NCBI GenBank assembly: GCA_041441355.1
Contig: JASDTF010000016.1
Span: forward strand, 56,899 to 120,898
Source: Propionivibrio sp.
Lineage (GTDB): Bacteria; Pseudomonadota; Gammaproteobacteria; Burkholderiales; Rhodocyclaceae
Direction: 5' to 3'
DNA: 64,000 nt
The notes under the pieces were generated by a model. That model searched no databases. It saw only the letters and a list, made by a program, of their open reading frames with translations, and was not told the DNA's origin. A program made the position numbers and the translations under genes. This document shows positions 19,795-28,932 of this stretch, one piece after another (position 1 is the stretch's first letter; each line of letters begins with the position of its first letter).

Positions 19795-20685
19795 TCAGTG
19801 CGTCCGGCTCGCGGCGCGCAACTGGCGCGGCGAAAAGCCGGTGACCAGCGCGGTGCCGGTGAGCACGGCGATGCCGCCGGCGAGCGTGTGCCAGCCGATC
19901 GGTTCGCCGAGGAAGAGGGCGCCCCAAAGGATGCCGAAGACCGGGATCAGGTAGGTGACGGTCAGCGCCGGAACGGCACCGAGCTCAGCGATCAAGCGGT
20001 AATACATGAGGATGGCGACGCCGCTGCAGACGATGCCCAGCGCGGCGACTGAGAGCAGCACCGTGGCGTCGGGCAGGGCCGGCGGCAAGGGCGCACCGGC
20101 AGCGAAGGGCAACAGCAGGAGGGTCGCTGCGCTCATGCTGCCGAGCGCGTTGCTGTGGGGCGGCACGTCGTGCAGCGACTTGGCGTAGAGCGAGGCCAGC
20201 GCATAGCAGGCCGAGGCGCCGGCGGCGACCGCGATGGCCAGGCCGCCGCCGGGCGGCAGGGTCAGGGATTCGACGCCGGCGAGCAGGCTCACGCCGGCGA
20301 TGCCCAGCAGCAGGCCGCCCACGGTGCGCGGGGCGAACCCGCTGCGCGTCCAGAGCGCGGAGAAGAGTGCAGCCCACAGCGGCGCGGTGGCGTTGAGCAC
20401 GGCAAGCAGGCCCGCCGATGCGGTTTTGGCGGCGAAGGCGAAGAGGGTGAACGGTACGGCGGCGTTGAGCAGACCGAGGACCAGGAAGTGGCGCGCGTGC
20501 TGCCGCAAGGCGAATGGCTGCCGGGTGATGAGGACCACGCCAGCGAGAAACAGGGCGGCGAGGCCGACGCGCAGGACGACGAGTACGGTCGGCGACAGGA
20601 CTGGCGCCGCCAGGCGCATGAACAGGAAGGAGCCGCCCCAGATGGCCGAAAGGGTAATCAGGCGGAAGGCGTTGGCAAGGCTCAT
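19795..20685 (-). CDS. DMT/EamA family transporter
   Basis: LSAIWGGSFLFMR, AVLNATAPLW, LTVTYLIPVFGILWG. Confidence 0.88.
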   Translation of the reverse strand: MSLANAFRLITLSAIWGGSFLFMRLAAPVLSPTVLVVLRVGLAALFLAGVVLITRQPFALRQHARHFLVLGLLNAAVPFTLFAFAAKTASAGLLAVLNATAPLWAALFSALWTRSGFAPRTVGGLLLGIAGVSLLAGVESLTLPPGGGLAIAVAAGASACYALASLYAKSLHDVPPHSNALGSMSAATLLLLPFAAGAPLPPALPDATVLLSVAALGIVCSGVAILMYYRLIAELGAVPALTVTYLIPVFGILWGALFLGEPIGWHTLAGGIAVLTGTALVTGFSPRQLRAASRTH

Positions 20686-21227
20686 GGTGACGGAGGGCGT
20701 GCGAGATCGAGCACGCTCAGACCGCCGTAGGCGAAGGCAAGTTGCGTCCACTCGTCTACGGGCAGGGCACGCCAGCGGCCGACGAGGGCACGCAACATGC
20801 CGGCATGACTGACGACCGCCGCGTGCGCATGGCCGCCGGCCTCCAGGACATCGGCAAAGGCGTGGGCGCGGATCTGGAGCGCGGCGACCGATTCGCCGCC
20901 GGGCGGCGCGTAGCCAAGCACGTCGGCGGCCCAGGCGTCGATCTCGGGACGGGCGATGGCGTCCCAGCGTTGTCCTTCCCAGGCGCCGAAGTCGATCTCA
21001 CGCAGGCGGTCGTCGAGGCGCAGGTCGGCCTCGAGCGCTTGCGCCAGGGCTTCGGCGAGCCGGCGGGCGCGGCGCAACGGGCTGCTGAAGATGAGCGTTC
21101 CGGGGGGGATCAGCGGGTGCAGCGCCGCGGCGTAAGGGGCCGGGTCGGCGCAGTCGAGGTCGAGGCGACCGTAGCAAATTCCGGCCTCGACGCAGGGCGG
21201 CGGGTGGCGGATCAGGAAAACCTGCAC
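20682..21227 (-). CDS. cobC: Alpha-ribazole phosphatase-like histidine phosphatase
   Basis: LIRH motif, SSPLRRA, LREIDFGAWEG, PPGGES, VVSHAG; GTG start overlapping cobS end; cob context. Confidence 0.8.
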   Translation of the reverse strand: MQVFLIRHPPPCVEAGICYGRLDLDCADPAPYAAALHPLIPPGTLIFSSPLRRARRLAEALAQALEADLRLDDRLREIDFGAWEGQRWDAIARPEIDAWAADVLGYAPPGGESVAALQIRAHAFADVLEAGGHAHAAVVSHAGMLRALVGRWRALPVDEWTQLAFAYGGLSVLDLARPPSP

Positions 21228-21970
21228 AGCAGCCCGGCGTAAAAGGCGACTTCGGCGAATTGTTGCACGGCCCCCAGGCAGTCGCCGGTGTAGCCGCCGA
21301 TGCGGCGCTTGAACATGCGCGCCAGCCATACGGTGGCGAGCGCCGCGAAGGCGACGCCGAGCAGCATCTGCCCGGGCGGCAGAAGCAGCATCGGGACCAG
21401 CGCGGTGAGGGCGGCGAAGACGAGAGCGCCTTTGCTGATGCGGGTGGCGAGCGGTTTGGCCTTGCCTTCGTCGCGCACGTAGTCGAGGGTGTAGAGGAGC
21501 GAGGTCGAGCACAGGCGTGAGAAAGCGTGTCCGGCGATCAACACCACCGGCAACAGCGTGGGCTCGATCTCGATCAGGGCGAAGAACTTGGCGAGCAGGA
21601 TCAGGACCAGGGCGATGGCGCCGAAGCTGCCGATGCGCGAATCCTTCATGATGGTCAGGATCTGCGCCTTCTCCCAGCCGCCGCCGAAACCGTCGACGGT
21701 GTCGCCCCAGCCGTCCTCGTGGAAGGCGCCCGTGACGTACAGGGTGGCGGCCATCGAGGCCAGAATGGCCAGGGTTTTCGGCCAGATGAAGAAAAACAGC
21801 CCGAAGACCAGGGCGCCGAGGCCGCCGACGATCAGCCCGACGGCCGGAAAATAGCGCGCGGAACGTTCGAGGGCCGCGCTGTCGTGGCCGACCCAATCGG
21901 GCACCGGCAGCCGCGTGAAGAAGCGGATGGCGCCGAGGAAGTGTTCGAGTTCAGAGCGGGGCTGGGGCAC
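21212..21970 (-). CDS. cobS: Adenosylcobinamide-GDP ribazoletransferase
   Basis: FFTRLP, TGAFHEDG, IMKDSRIGSFG, RIGGYTGDCLGA. Confidence 0.95.
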   Translation of the reverse strand: MPQPRSELEHFLGAIRFFTRLPVPDWVGHDSAALERSARYFPAVGLIVGGLGALVFGLFFFIWPKTLAILASMAATLYVTGAFHEDGWGDTVDGFGGGWEKAQILTIMKDSRIGSFGAIALVLILLAKFFALIEIEPTLLPVVLIAGHAFSRLCSTSLLYTLDYVRDEGKAKPLATRISKGALVFAALTALVPMLLLPPGQMLLGVAFAALATVWLARMFKRRIGGYTGDCLGAVQQFAEVAFYAGLLCRFS

Positions 21971-22028
21971 GGCGGGGTCCTTGTCGATGGGCGCCGGGCG
22001 CGCGAGCGCGCCCGGGCAGGCGGGAAGC

Positions 22029-23084
22029 TTACAACTTTTCGGCCACGCCGGCCGATTCGAAACTTGCCATCTCGTTGAGGAAGCCCGCCGCAGCCTTGAC
22101 GAGCGGCCAGGCCAATGCAGCGCCGGTGCCTTCGCCGAGGCGCAGGCCGAGGTCGAGCAGCGGGTCGGCGCCGAGCGCGTCGAGTTGGGCGAGGTGGCCC
22201 GGTTCGGCCGAACGGTGGCAGAAAATGCAGTAGTCGACGACTTCCGGCGCGAGGCGCGAGGCCGCGAGCAGGGCCGAAGTGACGATGAAGCCGTCGACCA
22301 GCAGGATCATGCCGCGTTCGGCGGCGCCGAGCATGGCGCCGGCCATGGTGACGATCTCGAAGCCGCCGAATTCGGCCAGCACGCGCTCGGCCGGGGCGTT
22401 TGCAGGCAGCGCGGCGCGCGCCACGGCCTGCGTCAGCAGTTCGCGCTTGCGGGTCAGGCCGGCGTCGTCGAGGCCGGTGCCGCGCCCGATGCAGTCGATG
22501 AGCGGGGTGCCGGTCAGGGCGTGGGTGATGAGCGACGCCGAGGCAGTGTTGCCAATGCCCATTTCGCCGAAGCCGACGACGTTGCAGCCGGCGTCGGCCC
22601 GTTCGTGCGCCAGTGCCTGGCCGCGGGCGAGTGCGGCGGCGCAGGCCTCGGCGCTCATCGCCGGTTCGACGACGTAGTTGGCGGTGCCCGGGCCCTGCTT
22701 GGCGTCGACCAGACCGTCGCGAACGCCGAAATCGTGTGCCACGCCGCAGTCGATGACCTGGATCGAAAGGCCGTTGTGACGGGCGAAGACGTTGATCGCA
22801 GCGCCGCCGGCGAGGAAGTTCTCGACCATCTGCCAGGTGACGTCCTGCGGGAAGGCCGAGACGCCTACCTTGGCCGCGCCATGGTCGCCGGCGAAGACGA
22901 GGATGTGCGGCTGAGTCAGCGTCGGCGTCAGCGTCTGCTGCATGCGCCCCAGGCGCAGGGCGACCTGCTCGAGCTGGCCGAGCGCGCCGAGCGGCTTGGT
23001 CTTGTGGTCGATCTTGCGTTGCAGGGCGGGAACGATGGCCGTGTCCGGCGCGGCGATGGAAAAGTCAGGAAGGTGGGCGGTCAT
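22029..23084 (-). CDS. cobT: Nicotinate-nucleotide:dimethylbenzimidazole phosphoribosyltransferase
   Basis: [40 protein letters not shown]. Confidence 0.95.
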   Translation of the reverse strand: MTAHLPDFSIAAPDTAIVPALQRKIDHKTKPLGALGQLEQVALRLGRMQQTLTPTLTQPHILVFAGDHGAAKVGVSAFPQDVTWQMVENFLAGGAAINVFARHNGLSIQVIDCGVAHDFGVRDGLVDAKQGPGTANYVVEPAMSAEACAAALARGQALAHERADAGCNVVGFGEMGIGNTASASLITHALTGTPLIDCIGRGTGLDDAGLTRKRELLTQAVARAALPANAPAERVLAEFGGFEIVTMAGAMLGAAERGMILLVDGFIVTSALLAASRLAPEVVDYCIFCHRSAEPGHLAQLDALGADPLLDLGLRLGEGTGAALAWPLVKAAAGFLNEMASFESAGVAEKL

Positions 23085-23139
23085 GGCGGTGGGCAAAAAG
23101 GAAAATTATACGCCCGGCCTCCCGTGATAATCTTGTGGC

Positions 23140-23688
23140 ATGAAGGAATTGATCGTCGGTGGCGCCCGTTCGGGCAAGAGCACCTTGGCCGAGCGGCGGG
23201 CGCTGGAGAGTGGCCTGCCGGTGACGTACATCGCCACCGCGCAAGCGCTGGACGGCGAAATGACGCGCCGCATCGCGCTGCACCGGGCGCGCCGGCCGGC
23301 GTCCTGGGGCTTGCTCGAGGCGCCGCTGGCGTTGCCGGCGGCGATCCGCGAACACGCCGCGCCCGGGCATTGCCTGCTCGTCGATTGCCTGACGCTGTGG
23401 CTGTCGAACCTGCTCTTCGCGGGCGATGCGGCGCGCCAGGCCGAGGCCGGCGAGGCCGTCGACTGCCCGCTGCTGACGGCGCAGACACAGGCGCTCGTCG
23501 AGACGCTGACGGCGGCGCCCGGGGAGATTTTGCTGGTGTCGAACGAGGTCGGTTGGGGCGTTGTGCCCATGCACCCGGTGTCGCGCCTGTTCGCCGACGA
23601 GCAGGGGCGGCTCAACCAGCGCGTGGCGGCGGTGTGCGAACGGGTGACACTCGTCGCTGCCGGGCAGCCGCTGCGCTTGAAGGCTTGA
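23140..23688 (+). CDS. cobU: Adenosylcobinamide kinase / cobinamide-phosphate guanylyltransferase
   Basis: GGARSGKS P-loop, YIATA, VDCLTLWLSN, SNEVGWG, FADEQGRLNQ. Confidence 0.95.
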   Translation: MKELIVGGARSGKSTLAERRALESGLPVTYIATAQALDGEMTRRIALHRARRPASWGLLEAPLALPAAIREHAAPGHCLLVDCLTLWLSNLLFAGDAARQAEAGEAVDCPLLTAQTQALVETLTAAPGEILLVSNEVGWGVVPMHPVSRLFADEQGRLNQRVAAVCERVTLVAAGQPLRLKA

Positions 23689-23738
23689 AGCGAAGGTCGG
23701 GAACGGAAGGCAGTCCAACGTCTGAACGGAGGTTGAAC

Positions 23739-24191
23739 ATGTATTCACGGATCATGGTGGCCATCGACAGCGATTCCGCGCAGGGGCCGGCATTGGCGGC
23801 GGCGGTGGAATTGGCCCGCATGTGCGGCGCGCGGCTGGCGGTGTGTCATGCGCTCGACGAGACGATTTTTGCGACGCGGACGGCCGAGGTGCTGTTGCCG
23901 GGCAGCGTCGGTCAGGCCGGACGTCAGCTCGCCGACGGTGCGCTGGCCTTCCTCGAGGCCGCAGCCAACGAGGCGCGCGCGGCGGGCATTGACGTCGACG
24001 TGCGACTGGTCCGGTCGGAACGTGCGCACGCCGCCGAGATGATCGCGGCGGCGGCGGCCGAGTGGCGGGCCGATCTGCTGGTGGCTGCGGCGCACAACCG
24101 GCGCGGCATCGAGCGCCTGTTCGTCGGCAGTTTCGCCGAACAACTGGTGCGCAAGGTCGGTGCTTCGCTGTTGCTGGTGCGCGGCACGTGA
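23739..24191 (+). CDS. Universal stress protein
   Basis: MYSRIMVAID start; DLLVAAAHNRRGIERLFVGSFAEQLVR; GGAGG RBS. Confidence 0.85.
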   Translation: MYSRIMVAIDSDSAQGPALAAAVELARMCGARLAVCHALDETIFATRTAEVLLPGSVGQAGRQLADGALAFLEAAANEARAAGIDVDVRLVRSERAHAAEMIAAAAAEWRADLLVAAAHNRRGIERLFVGSFAEQLVRKVGASLLLVRGT

Positions 24192-24233
24192 TGCGAAAGT
24201 CATCTGAAAACTGTTTTTTGATGGAGCAAGGCA

Positions 24234-24276
24234 TTGACGACGAAGGTGTTTTTAGGTAGTTTGAAACGATGTTCCA
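24234..24276 (+). promoter_or_regulatory. Sigma70 promoter with overlapping KdgR-like operator (autoregulation)
   Basis: TTGACG-17-TAGTTT; operator TGAAAC-GAT-GTTCCA at 24262-24276. Confidence 0.7.
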
Positions 24277-24316
24277 TTTTTGTTCGCCGCGGCCTTCGGC
24301 CCGGCGTCCAGTGCCG

Positions 24317-25135
24317 ATGAAGACGACGACGAAAAAGCCTGCCGCCAAGGCGCGCAGCAAGACCCCGGCGGTGCCTCTGGTCAGCGCTGCGGTGCGCGTC
24401 CTGGCCGTTCTCGATCAGCTGTCGCGACAGCGCGCCGTCGGTCTGGAGGATTTGTCGCGTCAGCTCAAGCTGGCCAAGCCCACGGTCTACCGCTTCCTGC
24501 TTACCTTGCAGGAGCTCGGGTATGCGCGGCGCGTCGACGGCGAGCGCTGGGCGATGTCGATGAAGCTGTTCAACATGGGATCGCGTGCCCTTGATCACCT
24601 CGACCTGCATGCCGCGGCACGGCCGGTGGCGGAGGCCCTGGCCGACGAACTCGGCGAGACCGTGCACATGGGCGTGCTCGATGGCGACTCGGCGGTCTAT
24701 GTGCTCAAGATTGAATCGAAGTACACCATCCGCATGTATTCACGCGTCGGCCGGCGCATGCCTTTGTACTGCACGGCGATCGGCAAGGTGCTGCTGGCCT
24801 GGATGACGCCCGAGGAGCGCGACGAGGCGCTGGAAGGCGTGCGTCTGGTGGCGTTCAACGAACGTACGCTGACCACCCGTGCGGCGCTTGAGGCCGAAGT
24901 GGCGCAAGTGCGGACGCTGGGGTACGCGGTCGACAACGAAGAACGCGAGGAAAACGTGCATTGCATCGGCGCGCCGGTGTTCGACTACACCGGTGCGGTG
25001 GTGGCGGCGATTTCGGTGTCCTGGCCGACCTTCCGTTTCACGCCCGGCGAGGAGAGCGAGAAAATCGCCCACACCATGGCCGCGGCGGCGCGCATTTCCG
25101 CCATCCTCGGCTACGAGCCTGCGGCGGCAGGCTGA
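24317..25135 (+). CDS. IclR family transcriptional regulator, KdgR-like
   Basis: N-terminal HTH (LAKPTVYRFLLTL); GETVHMGVLDG, LYCTAIGKVLLA, CIGAPVFD; adjacent to kdu genes. Confidence 0.9.
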   Translation: MKTTTKKPAAKARSKTPAVPLVSAAVRVLAVLDQLSRQRAVGLEDLSRQLKLAKPTVYRFLLTLQELGYARRVDGERWAMSMKLFNMGSRALDHLDLHAAARPVAEALADELGETVHMGVLDGDSAVYVLKIESKYTIRMYSRVGRRMPLYCTAIGKVLLAWMTPEERDEALEGVRLVAFNERTLTTRAALEAEVAQVRTLGYAVDNEEREENVHCIGAPVFDYTGAVVAAISVSWPTFRFTPGEESEKIAHTMAAAARISAILGYEPAAAG

Positions 25136-25169
25136 GCCTCGAGACGCAGCCCCGGCGGCTCAAGACAGG

Positions 25170-25193
25170 CGGCGCCTTTACGGCGCCGTTTTT
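25170..25193 (+). terminator. Intrinsic terminator after the IclR gene
   Basis: cggcgcc-tttac-ggcgccg-ttttt. Confidence 0.7.
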
Positions 25194-25207
25194 CCGTCTT
25201 TGAAGTG

Positions 25208-25261
25208 AAAATGGAACAATGTTCCAAAATACTTGAGCGGTGCCCGGACATGGTGTAGATT
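25208..25261 (+). promoter_or_regulatory. KdgR-like operator and sigma70 promoter of the hexuronate operon
   Basis: Perfect palindrome TGGAAC-AAT-GTTCCA (25212-25226); TTGAGC-17-TAGATT (25233-25261). Confidence 0.72.
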
Positions 25262-25312
25262 GCGTCTGTTGCCGTCGTCGAAGACGGCTTTGTCTTCAGG
25301 ATGGGGTTTGCC

Positions 25313-25666
25313 ATGAGCACTTGCTTCTTCCCCGATGCCGAACTGGCGCTGGAGTGCGTCGAGCCCGGCCTGATCGAGCGCAAGATCCGCGCCTGTGGCG
25401 GTTCGCTGATGATGGTCGAGGTGGTCTTTGCTGCCGGCGGCGTCGGCGCGCTGCACAGTCACCCGCATGAGCAGGTGACCTACTGCCTGTCGGGCGTTTT
25501 CGAATTCACCATTGCCGGCGAGACGCGTCTCGTGCGCGCCGGCGACTCGCTCTACGTTCCCGGCGGCGCCGAACATGGCACCCGCTGCCTGGAGGGCGGG
25601 CACCTGCTCGACGTCTTCACGCCGCAGCGCGAGGACTTTCTCAAGAACACCACGGAGGACGCATGA
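25313..25666 (+). CDS. kdgF: Cupin protein, KdgF-like
   Basis: LMMVEVVF, HSHPHEQVTY, LLDVFTPQREDFL; kdu context. Confidence 0.8.
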   Translation: MSTCFFPDAELALECVEPGLIERKIRACGGSLMMVEVVFAAGGVGALHSHPHEQVTYCLSGVFEFTIAGETRLVRAGDSLYVPGGAEHGTRCLEGGHLLDVFTPQREDFLKNTTEDA

Positions 25667-26499
25667 AACTCGAAACCCGCTACGCGCACCATCCCGAGGA
25701 CGTCAAAGGCTACGACACCGAGGCCCTGCGCCGGCATTTTCTCGTCGAACAGGTCTTCGCCATCGGCGAGATCAATCTGGTCTATAGCCATGTCGACCGC
25801 GTCGTCTTCGGCGGTGCGATGCCCACCGTCGAAGCGCTCGAACTCAAGGGCGGCAAGGCCTTTGGTGGTGACGTCTTCCTCGCCCGGCGCGAACTGGGGG
25901 TGGTGAATGTCGGCCCCGCGGGGCGGGTGACCGTCGACGGCGAGACCTTCCCGTTGGCCTCGGGAGACGGGCTTTATGTCGGCATGGGCGCGCGTTCGGT
26001 GCGTTTCGAAAGTGACGAGGCTTCGCGCCCGGCGCGCTTCTACCTGATGAGCAGCCCGGCGCACGCCAGCTACCCGACGGTGCGCATCACCCGTGCCCAG
26101 GCGAACCCGCGCCGTCTCGGCGCGCCCGAGACCTGCAACGTGCGCACCATCTACCAGTACGTGCATCCGGCCGTGTGCCAGAGCTGCCAGCTGGTGATGG
26201 GCGTCACCGAACTCGAGCCGGGCAGCGTCTGGAACACCTACCCGCCGCACACCCACGAGCGGCGCATGGAAGTTTACTTCTACTTCAACATGGCGCCGGC
26301 GACGCGCGTTTTCCACCTGCACGGGCAGCCGTCGGAGACCCGCCACATCGTCGTTGGCAACGAACAGGCTGTCATTTCGCCCTCGTGGTCGATCCACTCC
26401 GGCGTCGGTTCCGGGGCCTATGCCTTCATCTGGGGCATGGCCGGCGAGAACCAGACCTTCGACGACATGGACACCCTCGGCCCCAACGATTTGCGCTGA
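25663..26499 (+). CDS. kduI: 5-dehydro-4-deoxy-D-glucuronate isomerase
   Basis: YSHVDRVVFGGA, CQLVMGVTEL, WNTYPPHTHERRMEVY, ISPSWSIHSG, WGMAGENQ. Confidence 0.95.
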   Translation: MKLETRYAHHPEDVKGYDTEALRRHFLVEQVFAIGEINLVYSHVDRVVFGGAMPTVEALELKGGKAFGGDVFLARRELGVVNVGPAGRVTVDGETFPLASGDGLYVGMGARSVRFESDEASRPARFYLMSSPAHASYPTVRITRAQANPRRLGAPETCNVRTIYQYVHPAVCQSCQLVMGVTELEPGSVWNTYPPHTHERRMEVYFYFNMAPATRVFHLHGQPSETRHIVVGNEQAVISPSWSIHSGVGSGAYAFIWGMAGENQTFDDMDTLGPNDLR

Positions 26500-26542
26500 A
26501 CCGTCGCGCTCCAACGAACACGCTTATTCAAAAGGAATGACC

Positions 26543-27313
26543 ATGGCAGGAATTCTCGATGCATTCAGGCTCGACGGCAAAATCGCCGTCGTCACCGGTT
26601 CGGAACGCGGTCTCGGTCGCGGCATGGCGGTCGCGCTGGCGCAGGCCGGTGCCGACGTGCTCGGCGTCACCTACGCCGCAGCGGCGCCGGAAACCGCAGC
26701 GGCGATCGCCGCCGCCGGTCGGCGCTACGTGCATGTCCAGGCCGACCTTTCCAGCCTTGAGCCGATGCAGCGCGTCATTGACGCCGCCCTGGCTGCTTAC
26801 GGGCGGATCGACATCCTGGTGAACAACGCCGGCATCATCACCCGCAACGACTCGGTCGATTTCACCGAGAAGGAGTGGGACGACGTCATGAACATCAACA
26901 TCAAGGCTGCCTTTTTCATGTGTCAGGCGGTGGGGCGCCAGTTTATCGCCCAGGGCGGTGGCGGCAAGATCGTGAACATCGCCTCGATGCTCTCCTTCCA
27001 GGGGGGCATCCGCGTGCCATCCTACACCGCCTCGAAGAGCGGCATCAAAGGCATCACCATGCTGCTGGCCAACGAATGGGCCAAGCACGGGATCAACGTG
27101 AACGCCATTGCCCCGGGCTATATGGCGACCGACAACACCACCGCGCTGCGGGCCGACGAAGCGCGCAACGCCGCGATCCTCGACCGTATCCCGGCCGGGC
27201 GCTGGGGCACGCCGGAAGATCTGGGCGGCGCCGTCGTCTTCTTGTCGTCGGCTGCGGCCGACTACATCAACGGCTACACGCTGGCCGTCGACGGCGGCTG
27301 GCTGGCGCGTTAA
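26543..27313 (+). CDS. kduD: 2-dehydro-3-deoxy-D-gluconate 5-dehydrogenase
   Basis: SDR; ILVNNAGII, IASMLSFQGGIRVPSYTASK, NVNAIAPGYMATDNT, RIPAGRWG. Confidence 0.95.
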   Translation: MAGILDAFRLDGKIAVVTGSERGLGRGMAVALAQAGADVLGVTYAAAAPETAAAIAAAGRRYVHVQADLSSLEPMQRVIDAALAAYGRIDILVNNAGIITRNDSVDFTEKEWDDVMNINIKAAFFMCQAVGRQFIAQGGGGKIVNIASMLSFQGGIRVPSYTASKSGIKGITMLLANEWAKHGINVNAIAPGYMATDNTTALRADEARNAAILDRIPAGRWGTPEDLGGAVVFLSSAAADYINGYTLAVDGGWLAR

Positions 27314-27385
27314 GCCGCAGTTTTTTCGCCCGGTGGGCGCCCGGCGCCGCCGGGCGCGATGAATCACGAGGATGGGAGCGAAGCG

Positions 27386-28807
27386 ATGAAACCTTTCATG
27401 AATGCCGATTTCCTGCTGCCCGACGCGAGCTCGCAGCGCCTGTACCACGAGCACGCGGCGCACATGCCGATCATCGACTACCACTGTCACCTGCCGCCGG
27501 CCGACATCGCCGGCGACCACGGTTTCCGCAACCTGGCGCACGCCTGGCTGGCGGGCGACCACTACAAGTGGCGGGCGATGCGTGCCAACGGTGTGCCCGA
27601 GTCCGAGATCACCGGGCATGAGCCCGATTACGCGACCTTCCTCGCGTGGGCGAAAACCGTCCCGGCGCTGATCGGTAACCCGCTCTACCATTGGACGCAC
27701 CTCGAACTGCAGCGTTATTTCGGCATCGACACCGTGCTCTCGGAGAAGACCGCGCCGATGATCTGGGAGGTGTGTAACGCCCAGCTGGCGACGCCCGAGT
27801 TCGGCGCCCGGCGCCTGCTGATGCGCATGAACGTGCGCGCCGTCGGCACCACCGACGATCCGGCCGACACGCTGGAGCATCACCTGGCCTACGCTGCCAA
27901 ACGGCAGCCGGGCGAACCGGTGATGGTGCCGAGCTTCCGTCCCGACAAGGCCATCGCCGTCGACGATCCGCTGGCCTGGCAGGGCTACATCGCCCGCCTT
28001 TCGGCCACCGCCGACGTGGCCATCGACAGCTATGCCAGCCTCATTGCCGCGCTCGACAAGCGGCATGCTTTCTTCCACGAACTCGGTTGCCGCGCTTCGG
28101 ACCACGGCATCGTCGGTCCCTTCGCGCGTTTTGTCGGCGACGCCGAGTTGCAGGCCGCCTTCGCCCGCCTGCAGGCCGGACAGGCGCTCGACGCCGAGGC
28201 GGCGGAAGCCTTCCGCACAGGGGTGATGCTCGAAGTCGGCCGCATGAACGCGCGCCGTGGCTGGGCGATGCAACTGCACCTCGCGGCGATCCGCAACTTG
28301 AACAGCCGCATGTTCGCGCGCCTGGGGCCGGACACCGGTTATGACGCGGCGACTGACGGCGCCATCGCGCCCAAGCTCGCGGCCTTCCTCGACGCGCTCG
28401 AACGCGACGGCCTGCTGCCCAAGACCATCCTCTACTCGCTCAACCCGAACGACATGGAGGTGCTGGCGACGGTGATGGGCTGCTTCCAGGACGGCAGCGT
28501 TCCGGGCAAGCTGCAGCTCGGCTCGGCCTGGTGGTTCAACGATCACATCGACGGCATGCGTCGGCAGATGGTCACCCTGGGCAATATCGGCCTGCTGGCG
28601 CGTTTCGTCGGCATGCTCACCGATTCGCGCAGCTTCCTCTCCTTCCCGCGTCACGAGTACTTCCGCCGCATCCTGTGCGCGCTGGTCGGCGGCTGGATCG
28701 AGGCCGGTGAGGTGCCGGCCGACTTCGAGACCTTCGGCCGGATGATCGAGGACATCTGCTTCAACAACGCCCAGGCTTACTTCGCCATCCCCGGCGTGGA
28801 GCGCTGA
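27386..28807 (+). CDS. uxaC: Glucuronate/galacturonate isomerase
   Basis: PIIDYHCHL, GDHYKWRAMR, GNPLYHWTHLEL, GSAWWFNDH, MLTDSRSFLSFPRHEYFRR. Confidence 0.96.
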   Translation: MKPFMNADFLLPDASSQRLYHEHAAHMPIIDYHCHLPPADIAGDHGFRNLAHAWLAGDHYKWRAMRANGVPESEITGHEPDYATFLAWAKTVPALIGNPLYHWTHLELQRYFGIDTVLSEKTAPMIWEVCNAQLATPEFGARRLLMRMNVRAVGTTDDPADTLEHHLAYAAKRQPGEPVMVPSFRPDKAIAVDDPLAWQGYIARLSATADVAIDSYASLIAALDKRHAFFHELGCRASDHGIVGPFARFVGDAELQAAFARLQAGQALDAEAAEAFRTGVMLEVGRMNARRGWAMQLHLAAIRNLNSRMFARLGPDTGYDAATDGAIAPKLAAFLDALERDGLLPKTILYSLNPNDMEVLATVMGCFQDGSVPGKLQLGSAWWFNDHIDGMRRQMVTLGNIGLLARFVGMLTDSRSFLSFPRHEYFRRILCALVGGWIEAGEVPADFETFGRMIEDICFNNAQAYFAIPGVER

Positions 28808-28872
28808 TCGAGTTTGCAGGCCAGACCACATGCTTACCGCCCGCTACGGCGGGCGGCGCGTAGTCTGCACTT

Positions 28873-28916
28873 GCCGCGTGTCGCCACCCCCTATCGGCGG
28901 CACGCGGCGTTTTTTT
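28873..28916. terminator. Intrinsic terminator between uxaC and blaOXA
   Basis: gccgcgtgtcgcc...ggcggcacgcggc followed by a T-run. Confidence 0.65.
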
Positions 28917-28932
28917 GCCTGGAGATCAGCGT

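Noticed and set aside
21980-22010. REP-like GC hairpins (also near 13905, 27330 and 63515)
   Set aside because: They share no common sequence, so they are not a repeat family; likely chance GC-rich stems or weak terminators.
23085-23139. Cobalamin riboswitch ahead of the cob clusters (also 40838-40878 and 43740-43900)
   Set aside because: The first two regions are too short, and no B12-box (GGGAA...GCCACTG) is seen in any of them.
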